The notes below the pieces were generated by a model. It did not search any database, was not told the origin of the DNA, and worked only from the letters and a program-made list of their open reading frames with translations. A program made the position numbers and the translations under genes. This document shows, piece by piece, positions 22,096 through 35,360 of a stretch of DNA of 64,000 nt (its first letter is position 1; each line of letters opens with the position of its first letter). Source of the stretch: Styela clava (lineage: Eukaryota); the NCBI RefSeq assembly GCF_964204865.1, contig NC_135262.1, forward strand, positions 2,294,001-2,358,000. Direction: 5' to 3'.

Positions 22096-23898
22096 GTGGT
22101 GTACTTTTTGGCTTATCACGATTTTAAGGCTAAATATCGGAAGTCCCACTTGATAATTGCAATAAATTAAACTATTTTTATCTCGAATGTAGGATATCGG
22201 TAACGCTATCTCAATGAATGCAAAAAACAGGTGAATCTGTAAACGACTTCTTTTGTTTTTCCCAAAACTTGGGGTCAATTTGCACTGTTTGGGGTAGAAT
22301 TACGAATTCAACCGGTGTGCGAAGGAGTTCAGTAACCCGGTACAACCTTTAGCTCCGATCATCGTATTTACCATTGTGTCCTTGTCACGAATAACGTCGT
22401 CAACTGTCAGATAAAATAAACTGATGTGATATGAGAACCATTGAAGTACTTGCACGCACACGGCACAAAACAAAACTGTTTCTTATTGGTTGAAATTGAT
22501 CCATGACGTAATTTAAATTCCTCTGTAAAAGTTGAGAACCCAGATGTGTCTTGTGACGAATAATTGTTTTCAGCCTTTCCTATAAGCGACCTTTGGTGAA
22601 TGAAAAATGTGAATCGGAAAACACCACCGTTTTTATAGTTCTAGAAGGAAGATCTAACCAAGAAATTATTGGTCCGCGAAGAGTTGCTATTTCGTGTAAG
22701 GACAAAAATTTCTTCAATTCGGCGTTGCCAACCAGATTTCCAAATTATGCCAACCTGTAGTAGGTCAAACTTGGGATCATTACCCTGCCATACCAGCGAA
22801 GTTGAAACTCTCGATTCACTTTCTTACAAGTTTAAAGAAAACAACGCGCTTTTTCTTACGCCATTGAAGAAAATTGACGTTTCACCCCCTCTTACTTGAC
22901 TAACGACTTGTGATATTTAGTAAATCACTTTTGAGCGTAAGCTGAAAATGACCTTTAACACCTCGTCTCATTAATCTCTAATCACCAAAACAATTGTCAC
23001 TGAATCAAACAATTGTTCGACTGTTTTTGTCACATCTATAGAAATTATGGAAGAATGAATGTATTTATTGAGTGAAAATCAGGAAGAATGATGTTATTTG
23101 TGTTGTATTACTTGTGAGGTATGTTTATGTCACTACATTGTTGACGATACGATCTTTTTCAGGGAAATTATATCATATTTTCGATTAAAACATATCACTG
23201 GTTGACGGGGGATTGTATCACGTATTGTTTTGTATCTCCCACCTCTAAACAGAAGTTACAGAGCTACAATTGTAGCATTTAGATGGCGTTTAAAATTATA
23301 CAAAATATTTGCAAAATTAATTAAATAGTTTTACAACATAGTAAAAATAATAAAAGTTTCAAATTTTAATTCGAACTCCGGGAAAAATTCCTTCAGCGAC
23401 TTTTTTTTATCGTAAAGTAAAGTTTCAGTTTTCCCCCACTAATATATGAATACTCTCATTATCCAGTTAGGGTTAGAATTTCAATTCATTCCTAACCCTA
23501 ACCCTTAGTGGCGATGTCGTGACCAATCCAATATATATATGTATCTGTCATAGCATAAATCAATTTTTTTCTTAATGACAGTGAAGCGGGTGGTCCTATA
23601 TTGCACAATTTAATATCTGATATGTTGTTTGATACTGAATATGGATCAGTAGCGTCGGCTTAAAGGTTGAATGCAGTTTCAAGTGTACGTGGTTTTGCCA
23701 CCATGAATTTGTTACCTTTATATCGAAATCAGGTAACATTACACGCTGAAGTTAGTTTTCAAAATTGTAATAAAGAAGTTCAATAGGACGAGATCATTAA
23801 AATGATCCGACTTTACTAATCCAAGGGTTTGGGATACATATAATACAAAGGTGTGTTGTTAACTTGATGTTGGCAGTAAATACTGAGGTCGTTAAGAC

Positions 23899-24117
23899 CA
23901 GTGGTGTTCAACTTTCTATCTCTTGTGGGCCATATTCAGCGTCAAAAAAATATCAGACTTACAAATTTCTTTCTATTTTATGAATGTACTAAAAGTGTCA
24001 ATGACTAAATCAATTCTTCTGTCTATATGCATCAGCATCTCAAGTTGGACTTCCGAACCTTGGTTCAATTCAGAAATTTCCTGCTGCTGTAAACCATGCC
24101 TACCTTGAGAAACACTG
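23899..24117. mobile_element. Degenerate hAT MITE
   Basis: cagtggtgttcaac...ttgagaaacactg termini. Confidence 0.4.
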
Positions 24118-25471
24118 ATTATAGGTTTTACATCGTAGAAATTTATCGGGCAGTGCTAATAGAACGGTGAAACATTCCTTGATTCAGACTTGATTTTTAC
24201 CAAATTTAAACTTAAGCATTTTTGTTCCATTTGTTTTTCAAAATCGACGATATGATTTGAATGCTACTAATTCAAAATTTATTGTTCTGATGTGAGGCAC
24301 TTTTCACTCGAATATTAAATTCCAAGCGGAAAGAGGTAAGCATTTGAGTATGATCGAATCGGGAACACATACTTGGTTCTTGATTCATTTTAGTTAACCA
24401 CTTTATTGCAGTAGCTAGCTCATTGTCTTTGCATTAGTGGTCTTTGGTTGCACCAAATTTCAAAACAAAGAAGGCGCAATTTCAATATTCTCTCGTATCA
24501 TTACAAAAAAAGAATAGAACATTTAGTGACATTTTGATCAGGTACATCAATATTATTGATTCCTTGTATTTGCTACAAGAATTACAAATTCGTACAGTCC
24601 TGATGTTAAAAATGTGATTTGTCATATTGCAGCAGGACCTTGCTTATGCACCCATCCTGAGGGGTACGCCGATTCCCGAGTCCATCAAAAATATCGTCGA
24701 TTTGTCACGCACCTGCCAAAAGAATGTAAAACATTTTGTTTCTGAAGGGAGATACGTGGCATCATCTTCTAATTTCTGTTACCGTGTCCATGTACCCCCG
24801 GAAATCTGAAACATTTTTTAGTTCTTGTTTAATAATGTCGTGAAAATGTTGACTTTTGCGCACGCTACCACTTCACAAGAAGTACTTCCACTCTGAAGAG
24901 GAATTCACGGATTTAGTATCTTGTTACAAAATTATATTATTTTTTGAATCTAACAGAGCAATAGTTCACAACCTTCTTTAATCATATGACTAAACTTTGT
25001 TTTCAATTTTTTTATATAAGGACAAATACTACAAAAAAAGAAGTCTTCGGAACCGCCACAAGGTACGCAATTTTTAATTTCTGAACACGGAATGGACATA
25101 TAGGGTCGTTTTGAAATGTTGTGAAATATGTCGTTTGCTCCGAAACTAATAGGCCATTTGAATTTAAATTTTTAGAACGGAAAGGCTGAAGAGGTCGCTA
25201 GACGGCTACCGTAGTCCTACGTTGTCTGTTAATTCACCCTAAATTTTACTGTTTATTTCGTTTATAAATTACGATTCAGTACCCTAATTCTATATTAACT
25301 CTATCAGTTGGCTGGAACTTTCTGACATTGATTTTCATATTAATCATCCGATCTTCTTGTACACATATTTCAGCATTGGTGACCGCTGACGCTGAGAAAG
25401 TAGGCATGACAGTTTTATGGATTGCTTAGCTCACCCATTGTCATATAGTATTACAAAAAGAACCCATACTA

Positions 25472-25620
25472 CAGGGGTCGGCAACCTTTTGTCGCTCGCG
25501 GGCCAAAATTAAGGGTTGCAAGGCATTGGCGGGCCGCACATATTTTTAGAAAGTTGAAAACCGAACGGATGGTACTTTTTATAATGAAAATCAATCCAGC
25601 CCGCAGGTTGCCGACCCCTG
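25472..25620. mobile_element. hAT MITE
   Basis: perfect TIR CAGGGGTCGGCAACC/GGTTGCCGACCCCTG; TSD ccatacta/ccacacta. Confidence 0.85.
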
Positions 25621-27335
25621 CCACACTAATACATGAAACAATACTCGAATCCGGCTGTTTTCCCGTTGTTATATATCACAATCAAAAATATACAAATCAT
25701 TTATTTTGAACTCCGCCATGGTAAAAAATGACAACACATACAGTATATATATATATATATATAATAGAAGTTTAAGAAATTTGCCAAAATTTTGGTTGAG
25801 GTCTAAACATGCGAAATAAAAAACTGACAATCTAATTATAAATGAGTAATATGGGATAGTAGTCATCATTGTTCTTGCTACAACAGTGGATTGTCTCTCA
25901 GAAATCGAATCTATAGCAAATAGTAGAAATTAGCTGTTGCATTTGGCTGTCAAATATTGCATTCACCTATCTCATTGATTGCATCAAACCTACCGATAAG
26001 AAATAGATAAGGAAACAAATATTTCTCATCCGAGATGGTACAAAAATAACAACAACAAGACAAATACACCGAAAAGTTGCCAATCTTCAAATAAGTTTCA
26101 AACATGCGACACGGAAATACAGATTTTAATTGCAGCAAGCAATGCATTCCATCAGTTAAACTCCAGAAAAAATCAGGGCTATCGATCATTTGTATCCTTT
26201 GACAAGCGCCACGTTTCAAACTCACTTAAACAATAACGATAATCTAATCCTAATAAGGGTTACTAGGGATAATCTGGGATTACTTTAAGCACGCCGGGGT
26301 AATTACCCCCAAAATCTGAGTTCTCTCATATAAACAATACCCCAGAGCGTTCGGCTTCGATGCGTTTCTTGTCCAGCTGACTCAAAAATTACATTCCAAT
26401 GTTTAACATTTCGTGATGGTTAATTATCGTGGTGAAGCTAAGGAAGATTACCTGATAAAAATTTGACAACTTGGCAAATTCCAATCCAGTCAGCTGGGTT
26501 GCGGGAATCATTCAACCGTGACCGAGTTGCCCTAGAAACAATGACTAACAGAACTTGGAATCGGAACTTTGGAATTGTTAATTTTAACAATTTGTATAAT
26601 GAAATTATTCAAATATACAGGAAGTCAGAGTCGTCTATCTGATTTAACGCAAATTTGCTTCGGTATTTGTCCCATATATTTTATATGTAGTAAATCAGAG
26701 TCGAAATTTGCTAGATGAAGTTATGATTTCGCCATTTGATACCGCTGTATCCATCCGTGACTAAGTTGAGTAGCAGCAATTGCGATTTTGCTCTAAAAGC
26801 AATTACTTTAGTGGCTGATATAGAAGTTGTAACAATTTATAAGATGAAATCACTAGTAAAATTCGTGCATTTACCATCACATGACTTTTTATTGTAACAC
26901 CCCCCTTATACACACAATAGTTTTGTGGGAGTCCTTTGCGCTTCATGGCCAATACAAGAGCAAAGTAGAATTGCTTTTCGTCGACAACAAGAGAGTGATG
27001 CTCAAATATATTGAAAAGAAGGCCACAAGTTACAGAGTCAAAATAGTGGTCTCATGAACTAATGTTACACGGCATCATTTTGAGTGAAATGAAGCGAATT
27101 CTCCAGTCTTCAATTACAGAATTAAATCGATCGGTTCAGTAGTTTCAGAATAAAGCTTTTTCACAACAATTTATCAAACTGATCGCGCGTCGTTTCTAGA
27201 GCAGTTTTATTGCATGAACGAGAGTGACACCGGGATATCCGGTGGCTAAAATGTATCTCAAAGACCGGCTTTTGTTAGTACTCTATGTTTGACTTTTTTT
27301 CTCAGTATGATTCAATGTTATACTCATTCACTCAT

Positions 27336-27474
27336 GGGTGACGCTGCTCGATAATCATCATTGGTTTATCGCGTCTCTCTTCACACTAAAATGCATTTTA
27401 TTTTCATTTTTTCTAATTATGTTTGTATAATGTGTACTTTCGGCATGTGTATAAATAAACTGCTGAATGACTGA
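27336..27474 (+). mobile_element. LINE (L2/CR1-like) 3' end relic
   Basis: stem-loop gggtgacgc...gcgtctctc, AATAAA, short ctga-type tail. Confidence 0.5.
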
Positions 27475-27513
27475 TCAACATGTGTACTTCGTGTGCAAGA
27501 ATAGTCTCTTATT

Positions 27514-27715
27514 AGTACTTCCGTAGTGTTTGTATCAGGTTAGGGTTAGGCCATAAGTTTATTCCGATTTTCCTCACTTTAGTTCTATTACTAGTTCGGG
27601 GACTGTATGTGTTATACCACATGCCCATAGGTTTCAGTCCCTTCACACAACTTGATGTGAAGTAGTCGAACAAAATTAGTTACTTCCATATTGATACACA
27701 CACTTCTGGAGCGCC
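27514..27715 (-). mobile_element. Merlin-like MITE family A, long form
   Basis: perfect 8-bp TSD CTCTTATT on both sides; ends ...cttctggagcgcc. Confidence 0.8.
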
Positions 27716-28468
27716 CTCTTATTCATTCAACCTAAAATATCTCGTGAACATGACTCCGCGGTTCATACATAATCCGCCTTAAACTTTAGAATCTAATCAG
27801 TTCCCAAGCCTTTCGACCTCAGCCTATGTGGCACGTGGGTGTACAATTAACTGATCTTATTGGAATGTGACCCCAAAAGGATTACAGTGTTTTAAAAATG
27901 GGGTAATGTTTCTTAGTTATCCGATTAAACGGTGTATCTAAAGCACTATTGCTATTGTTTTTCTTTGATGTAAACAGATGTGTTGGGATTATCTCGTTAA
28001 GAGTTCATACTGGTCAACAGCTAAATACAACAAATCAAAACATGGGCAACTTTTCAAGCATTCATGCCAGGGAGTGTTTTAAAAGTAATACTTAGGAAAC
28101 CATGACAACACTTTGTCTATATCTGAGCTTAGGAGCAGAAAAATCGTGCGCAGGTACACCGGCGCCAGTGGGCAATTCTTGAAGAGCGAAACCTGCTTGA
28201 TTCGTGGTACCAAGCTATTACAGCGTACGATGATACACCATTGTATCGCTCAGATTTGAATTTGCAAAAAGCAAGCCTAGAATGAAGCTTCACCTTCATT
28301 CTATTGACATTCACAAGTAGATCTGAACGCGTTTTCCCCTTATATAAATATATATGGTGTCTATGGAGTCTTAAAAAATTTCAAAATTGCCAAAGAATAA
28401 TTATCGGTACCATATATTTTTTGGCCTTCACAGATGTGTTAAGCAAGATGGACTTTTTTAATATAGAG

Positions 28469-28810
28469 CAGTGGTTCTCAAATTTTTTTAGGCCGACCCC
28501 CGTTTTTAGTATTAGTCAAGTCTCGCGCCCCACCTCAAAATCATCTATTCTAGCTGACAGTAATCTACAAATAACAGATAGTAATGCAAAAATATGTTTT
28601 ATTCAAAAATCACGTTCAAAATACGTGGATAGAACGGAAATATCCAAAATAAAGAAATGTGAACATAAAAAATAAGGCGGGCAAGATCAAATCTAGCAAA
28701 TGTTTTTATTTTCAATCAGCTCCTCGCCCCCCCCCCCCCCCGAAAAATTGTCAACTCCAACCCATGTGAGGCTCGCCCCACCATTTGAGACTGAACTGAC
28801 TGAACCACTG
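28469..28810 (-). mobile_element. hAT-type MITE family C (full length)
   Basis: TIRs CAGTGGTTC...GAACCACTG; 8-bp TSD atatagag/atatagaa. Confidence 0.8.
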
Positions 28811-29520
28811 ATATAGAATCATTTTGTGGATGGTTAACTTTCTTTTTATTAATTGCAGCTTGCTATGTTTATGTAAGGGAGACACTTATGGCCTTGTTTT
28901 GTTTTTATTAAACGGATTTATTTGAAGCATCTTGACAGGACTTAACGATTGTGAAAAAATTCCGACGTGGTTTACCGCTAGATTAAGAAAGGAATACCAT
29001 TGTACTACTGTACTATTAATTCCATAAATATTGATATTAAGAGCCGATAGTCGAGTTTCGATTGTATTGTATAACTCCGGCGCCTTTGCCACAGGAATGT
29101 CATTAACTTATTCAGTCTCAGGTTGATGTAATTACCTCATTTGACAAAACCACTTAGGATGAAGGATTTACCATTAAAGGTATTAACGGGCTTACATTTA
29201 GAGACAAAGATCAACTCATACCCGAAAGTTCATGATCGACGCAAACCCAGAAGTTCAACCCTGGACTTTATTTGGGGAATATTTATTTGAATAGACAAAA
29301 AAAAATATTATAATTAACAACAAGTTTTATCTGTTCTGATCAATTGATCAGACATTTATTTTGTTTCCTTGTTATACAGACAGTATCTCGTTCCCGAAAT
29401 ACCCAACCAAAGTTACGATAGTATGGTCGGAGGGCGACTGACATATAACACTAATGGGTGTGTTACATCTATAATAACGTGTCTGTGATCGCTTACAAAA
29501 TCTTTATCCGCATTTTGTTT

Positions 29521-29785
29521 GAGATCTTTTGTACAAAGCCCCGCCACTGATGCAAAAATGTGAGATTTGAAAAAAACACGCCCGCCATGTTTTAAAACAA
29601 GAAATTAGGGCGCTCCTAAAGTATGTGCACCAAGATGGCACACAACCTGGACCCTAAACTGGTACACATACCATGTTCAGGTTATGCGCCATCTTGGTAC
29701 ACATACTTCTGGAGGTCCGAAATTAGTAGTTATTCAATTCAGGGTTAGGAATGATTTGAAAATTTGAATTCCTAACTCTACCACA
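29521..29785. mobile_element. MITE family B, interrupted by a family-A insertion
   Basis: gagatcttttgtacaaagccccgcc...gaaattag[insert]gaaattagtagtta...gggttaggaatgattt. Confidence 0.7.
29609..29718 (+). mobile_element. Merlin-like MITE family A, short form, nested in a family-B element
   Basis: GGCGCTCC...GGAGGTCC with long TIRs; perfect TSD GAAATTAG. Confidence 0.8.
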
Positions 29786-30359
29786 ACATTTAGGCGGACA
29801 TTTTATAATAAACTAGTCTACAAAACTTCAAGGGTGATTGGTAATATTTGCATCGATTAATGGAACTCTATGCTACTGTTTTGGGAACAAATATTCTCCA
29901 AATCTAAAGTTAATAAGTAGTTTGCAGTCAAGCACAAAATTTCAATTTCTTGTGGTCAAATGTACGTGATTTACAATGAAAAACAACTAAATGTAAACAA
30001 GAATGTCAATAGGACGAGGGAGTGGACACTATCTCTGGCGTCGGACGCTCATTTAGGATTTGGCCACTTGAGTGAGGAGAAAAAAAATATGAATCTACAT
30101 CCGGCGCCTGCTTTATTATAAAACAAATTATTGGTTGACAAAACTGACTAAAAATAGAAGATACTCTCACACTTCTTCTTTTGGTCATGTTCGGGACAAA
30201 CATTCGCTTTTACCAACAGCATTTCGTTTGCAGAAGACCGCCATCAGACCAAATTGAGCAGTGTCTGAAATTTTTCTAAATAAAGTCCTCACCCAAAACA
30301 AGGCAGCGCCCAATTAGACATTAATACGTGAGTGGTTACTGTTAGTAACGAACCGTAAT

Positions 30360-30471
30360 CAATTTATTACACCACAGGTTTAGTGTCTACGACACGGGGT
30401 CTGGGCGTGATACAATCCTGAGACCTCCACAAAGTCATACCTTACGCACTGACCACGAAGCCATCCCGACC
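30360..30471 (-). mobile_element. Degenerate tRNA-derived SINE
   Basis: minus strand ggtcgggaTGGCTTCGTGGtcagtgcg (A-box-like), decayed B box, then gtgtcgtagacactaaacc. Confidence 0.35.
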
Positions 30472-32084
30472 AAATGTTTCAAATATATACATATTATATT
30501 ATTTTTAGCATCATGGAGTATTTGATGGGTCATTTATGCCCATGGCGCCACTTTATCATGTTCTTTTGTTTTTTGTGTGGTCTATAGACATCTCAAGAAA
30601 ACGCCATCTAGTTGCCCAATGCATATATATCATATTTGGTTAATTTTCAACAGCTTCCTTCCGGGTTGCAAGTTCAACAATATATGACAAAATGGCGGCT
30701 AGGGAGATTAAATTTCACGCTGTAACTTTTATTTTCCCTTAAAGTTACTTGTGAGAAAGAAAAGGGCTTTTGAGCATGCGAATTTAGTCATGATATTTTT
30801 TCTATATTTACAATATTATATAATGCAAAACAGATTGTAACTGTAAACGAGTGTTTTTTATGCTGTCTATTGTGGCATTGCTTCAATCGCTGTGAAACTT
30901 CACGAGTTATCAAAATATCCACATTACGTAACCGAATGTCCGCTCATGCAAAGCGTCGGATATTTTGTCATTTTTTACGTAGTAAGGCTTTAAATTTTTT
31001 TTTATTACGCGTAACTCTAATTTTCGGACAAATCCTATCCTAACCCAGGACAAAGCGTGAACTTTACTTCATATGTTTACTTTAACCACTTACCTCACAA
31101 TATACATCTACTCCAACTCAAAAGTGGTACGAGTGTTAAACAACTCTGAGACAAGTGGGACACGATATTTTTGGACACCGAGTTTGGGTTGTTCCAACTA
31201 ATCCTAGGTTTCTATATTATCTACAAATTAGTCATTGTTTAACCATTTTCCCACGGTGCATTAACACATACCATAACAGTATTAATGACATGTCAAAGCA
31301 ATATGGAAACCAGATCAAATTGAAAACCTTAAGTGGACAATTAAGACATACATGAATGTCACGGGTGTCAAGTACTATTCATCTCCACACGATAGTGATT
31401 ATTACTCGAAACTTTAAATCGGTTTAGACTTGAAGATTAGAAAATACCACACAATGAAAGCCAAATAGCTTTAATGAAACATTTCAAATGGAATTTTCGT
31501 TGTTTACTTTACATATCGGATAATCGAAAACAATGACCAAAATGATTAATATGAGGAATGCTTCGAAGCGGGCAGCAATTTCATAAGGTTTAGCTTTATT
31601 TGCATTACCTTAGAACTGTTATTTAGTGATTTCAAGTTGTTTACAAGCGAATTCGACTCATTTTTCGAAGCCACATAAGCCCTAATGTTGCATCGCAGCT
31701 AAATAACGTTGTTCAACCCGCAGGTTACGTGAATATTTTCTGTCAAAAATATGGCTGAGGAAAGTCCAAGAAATTTCACCAACTCCAAAAATACTTTAAA
31801 CACAAGTACCAAACTTAAATCAATAAAACATAACTTAACATTGCTTTATCGGTGTGGTTTTGTAACCAGATTTGTGGTTAAGAAACTTTTAATTCGAATA
31901 TGAAACACAATGGCATATCAAGTACCACTGTATGACGTAATTATGAAGCCATCTTTTAAGCCTATTAAGTTAATCCAAGTGGCTCCGGAACCAGTCGTTG
32001 TACTTCGAAATACCAGCGGCGTTCCCACGAAGCTATCATAGGCAATAGATCATAATATCACCCAAAACTGAAACACTATTTTTG

Positions 32085-32286
32085 GGTACTCCTGTAGTGT
32101 GTGTACCAGCAGGTGAGCCATAATTTTATTCCGATTTTCCTTATTTCAGTTCTATTACAAGTTTGGTTAATGTCTGTGTTAGCCAAGGAAATATACCCCC
32201 TGTCCATGGGTTTCAGTCCCTTTACACAACTCGATGTAAAGTAAGCGAACAAAACTCCATATTGGTAGACACATTTCTGCAGCGCC
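32085..32286 (-). mobile_element. Merlin-like MITE family A, long form
   Basis: ggtactcctgtagtgtgtgtacca...atttctgcagcgcc; homologous to 27514-27715. Confidence 0.75.
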
Positions 32287-32693
32287 CTTCTTTGCACGGC
32301 GCTTGGCGTTCATGAAACACTTCCCATTTTTTATTATATTTTTCTCGAACATAGTTAAGCATACACGATGGTTTAATTACATGAGGCATTGTTCAACAGA
32401 AGACCGCGGTCGTTAGTCGCCTCCCCTGCAGTGTCAAGAGTTCAGAAATCTTCTCCCGCGCGTAATCATTGCCAAATCAGCGATGCGATAATTAGCACTT
32501 CCACTATACTCATTGCAAGGAGTCGTTTGTGACTTCACCGGCGATGGAGTTTAAGCGGGCCTATCTTATTAAAGTGAAACTAATGTTAGCACAAAATTTC
32601 TAACTCGGAACGACTTAAAAATCTGCATAGACCACACACAGCCAGTTGTTCAAAAGAAGATTTACACTTTCAACAAGGATCCAGATAATTACT

Positions 32694-32792
32694 GGACCTC
32701 CAGAAGTATGCGCACCAAGATGGCGCACAACCTGAACATAGCAGGTGTGTACCGGTTAGGATTCAGGTTGATGCGCATACTTATGGAGCACC
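32694..32792 (-). mobile_element. Merlin-like MITE family A, short form
   Basis: ggacctccagaagtatg...ggagcacc; TSD taattact/caattact. Confidence 0.75.
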
Positions 32793-32888
32793 CAATTACT
32801 GATACATCGCGAGCTACTTGATTTAAAAAAAAACGGAATATTCTCGTTGTTTAGTGCATCCGACCCTAGATATTGCGACATATTTTAC

Positions 32889-33258
32889 TGTCCCGTTCCC
32901 ATCCCATAGAAATTATGCTTGTCCCATCCCATGGCGTCTACTAAATAGGACTACAAGTCCGAAGAGACATGCAAAACAACAGATATTACGGACTTTGTTA
33001 ACTTTATATTCATATATATTATACATGTGTCCATCAGCCCCTTCACAAAGTATATTGTTAATGCTGAATATATTTTGCTCTTTTTACCTAACAAGAGTGC
33101 TATGCTCAAATATATGGACACGATGTTCATATCGAAATGTTTTACCATTATTTCCCTGAAAATCATACGGATTTCGTGTCCCACGGGAAATCCAAATGTG
33201 TGCTGCACCATCCCATGGGACGTTTCTCATGGGAATCCCATTTCCATGGACAAGCCTG
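32889..33258. mobile_element. Probable non-autonomous DNA transposon relic with CCCATGGG/TCCCAT subterminal repeats
   Basis: clusters of gtcccatcccatgg at both ends; terminus acaagcctg. Confidence 0.4.
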
Positions 33259-34454
33259 ATTATCCTCCAAGTGGTGATGCAAATTTTACTGTTTCATTTC
33301 GTGTTGAATTATTAGCAAATACCAGAGGTATCAAACACCTAATTTTGACAATTTTGAAAACCTGGCTTCCATAGAAGTAACACAGTTTTTTCAAGTTGAA
33401 AAATGTAATAGAAATAAACACCGGTTCTATTAAAATCACTAACATGCTGAACTAGTTAAGCCTGCCAATTTGCGGCCAAAGACTACCGGCCTAAGAGGTT
33501 CAAGGCTTTAGCAAAATCAAATTTTGAAGTTAATATTAAAAATAACTTCTTTGATTCGTCATCTCAACTTGAACCGCAATCTGAGTGGTGGTTGCAAACG
33601 TCTATTATTAGATACATACTTAAATGACGAAACGTCTAAGCCCATTCAAGTACGTACACGCCCCCGTGGTTGCAAGCAAGCTCAAATTCAAAGAATGAAT
33701 TCAAAGAAATATTAAACTAAGCCTAACTCTTAAGAGACAGTTTTCATTCGAAGCCTCGCAGCGTCAAAACGTAGGTGCGATTAGTTGAAAAATAGCTTTA
33801 ATCCATATTGACGCCATTTGTTTGTTGTTATTTGTTTTCCCGAAGTTTTGATTTACATCCGAATAGATGATTGATATTCTAGAATTCGAATTTACAAATC
33901 AGTTTGACTTCGAGTATTCTAACCGCACTTTTTACAGAAAAGACTATGATAGATATATAGCAAATTTTATATTTTACTGTGATATAATTTTCACATATTA
34001 AAATAAGCCTAATTTAATTGCAAATATGTCCGATTTTAAAGAAAATGCAATTTTACCAACCTAAATTTAAGAAAAAGATAACATTAATTGATTTCGAATT
34101 TCTTTATAATGATATAAATAATTAATTTACTAATTTCATCATTTCGTTCAAAAATGTCTGGGGTTGTTCCAACTCTAGTTTGCACTGTTATCTTTAGCCT
34201 AATTCTGAGGATCGTAACTTAAATCAGACACAACAAAAAGGTTTCAAGTGGTTGTTATTCTAAAATAAATGTGTTGGAATTACATATTAAAATATTTAAC
34301 ACTAACACGTGAAATTTGACTCTTGTTTAATTGCTTGTTGTGCAGAATTTTTACTTTTAACCGAAAAAGTGATTTTCTCACTTTAATTCAAATTGAAATT
34401 TTAGTCTTTTATTGGCGGAGATATTCAATGCAATTGTAAATCTGCTGTTGGAGA

Positions 34455-34567
34455 GGCGCTCCGGAGGTATTCGTACCAAGATAACGCACAGCCTAAATAG
34501 CCCTAACCTGGTGCACATACTATGTTCAGGTTGTGCGCCATCTTGGTACGAATATTTCGGGAGCACC
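34455..34567 (+). mobile_element. Merlin-like MITE family A, short form
   Basis: ggcgctccggaggtattcgtaccaagat...atcttggtacgaatatttcgggagcacc; TSD-like gttggaga/gtttgaca. Confidence 0.72.
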
Positions 34568-35048
34568 GTTTGACATACACCTGATTTACTGGTAGAAATA
34601 CATATTGAAATAATACTGCAATCTTTGCAACGCATTTGAGACGAAGGGCACCATTTTTCAAGACATGTTCGCTAGCAAAGAGCTTGTTGCAAGACCTCCT
34701 CTTTTTCAGCTCAGCGAATAAACTATTAACCAATCCGCGTTCATATCATTTGAAAAACGAAAGAATGTTTCGCAATTGCGGGAGTAGCACTTTCCGTAGA
34801 ATTGACCAATCACTGAAACAAAATTATACTTTGTCAGGGCGTAGGAATTTTTTATCAATATAACTTGAAGGAACTATAAAAATTTATCAACAGCACGCTG
34901 ATTCAAACGGCAATAAGCGCGCAAATGTAAATAAGTAGTGAGATATTTATTCCTGAAACGTTTTAATCTAGAATTTTATCTTACCATCGGTATTCATAAT
35001 AGTCTAAACATATTAAAGACTAAATTAAACTGCCCAACGAATGTAAAA

Positions 35049-35360
35049 ATCCATTTGAAATCAAATTAATTGAACAAGCATTCCTGTTCCAATATACTGG
35101 TAAGTGGTAACAGGTAGGCATATTTCTAAAAGTTACTCATTTCACGAAATATGGAAATGCTTATTTTTATAATGAATTATATTCATAACATTCTCAACAT
35201 AATATAGATCATTTTTAATTTTTACTGCGAAACTGACGTAAAGATCCATTTGAAATAAATGAATTGAACACGCCTGTCTGATTAAATAATCGTAACAGGT
35301 TGGCATATTTCTAAGAGTTACTCATTTGACAAAATATAGAAATGATTATTTTCATAACAA
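35049..35360. repeat. Diverged direct duplication (about 195-bp spacing)
   Basis: atccatttgaaat...gtaacaggt.ggcatatttctaa.agttactcattt at about 35049 and 35243. Confidence 0.75.

Noticed and set aside
25185-25225. CTGAAGAG plus small hairpin as another hammerhead
   Set aside because: No GAAA after the stem and no cleavage triplet
32854-33445. Overlapping 60-115-aa ORFs
   Set aside because: They lie largely within a repeat relic; no homology or splice support
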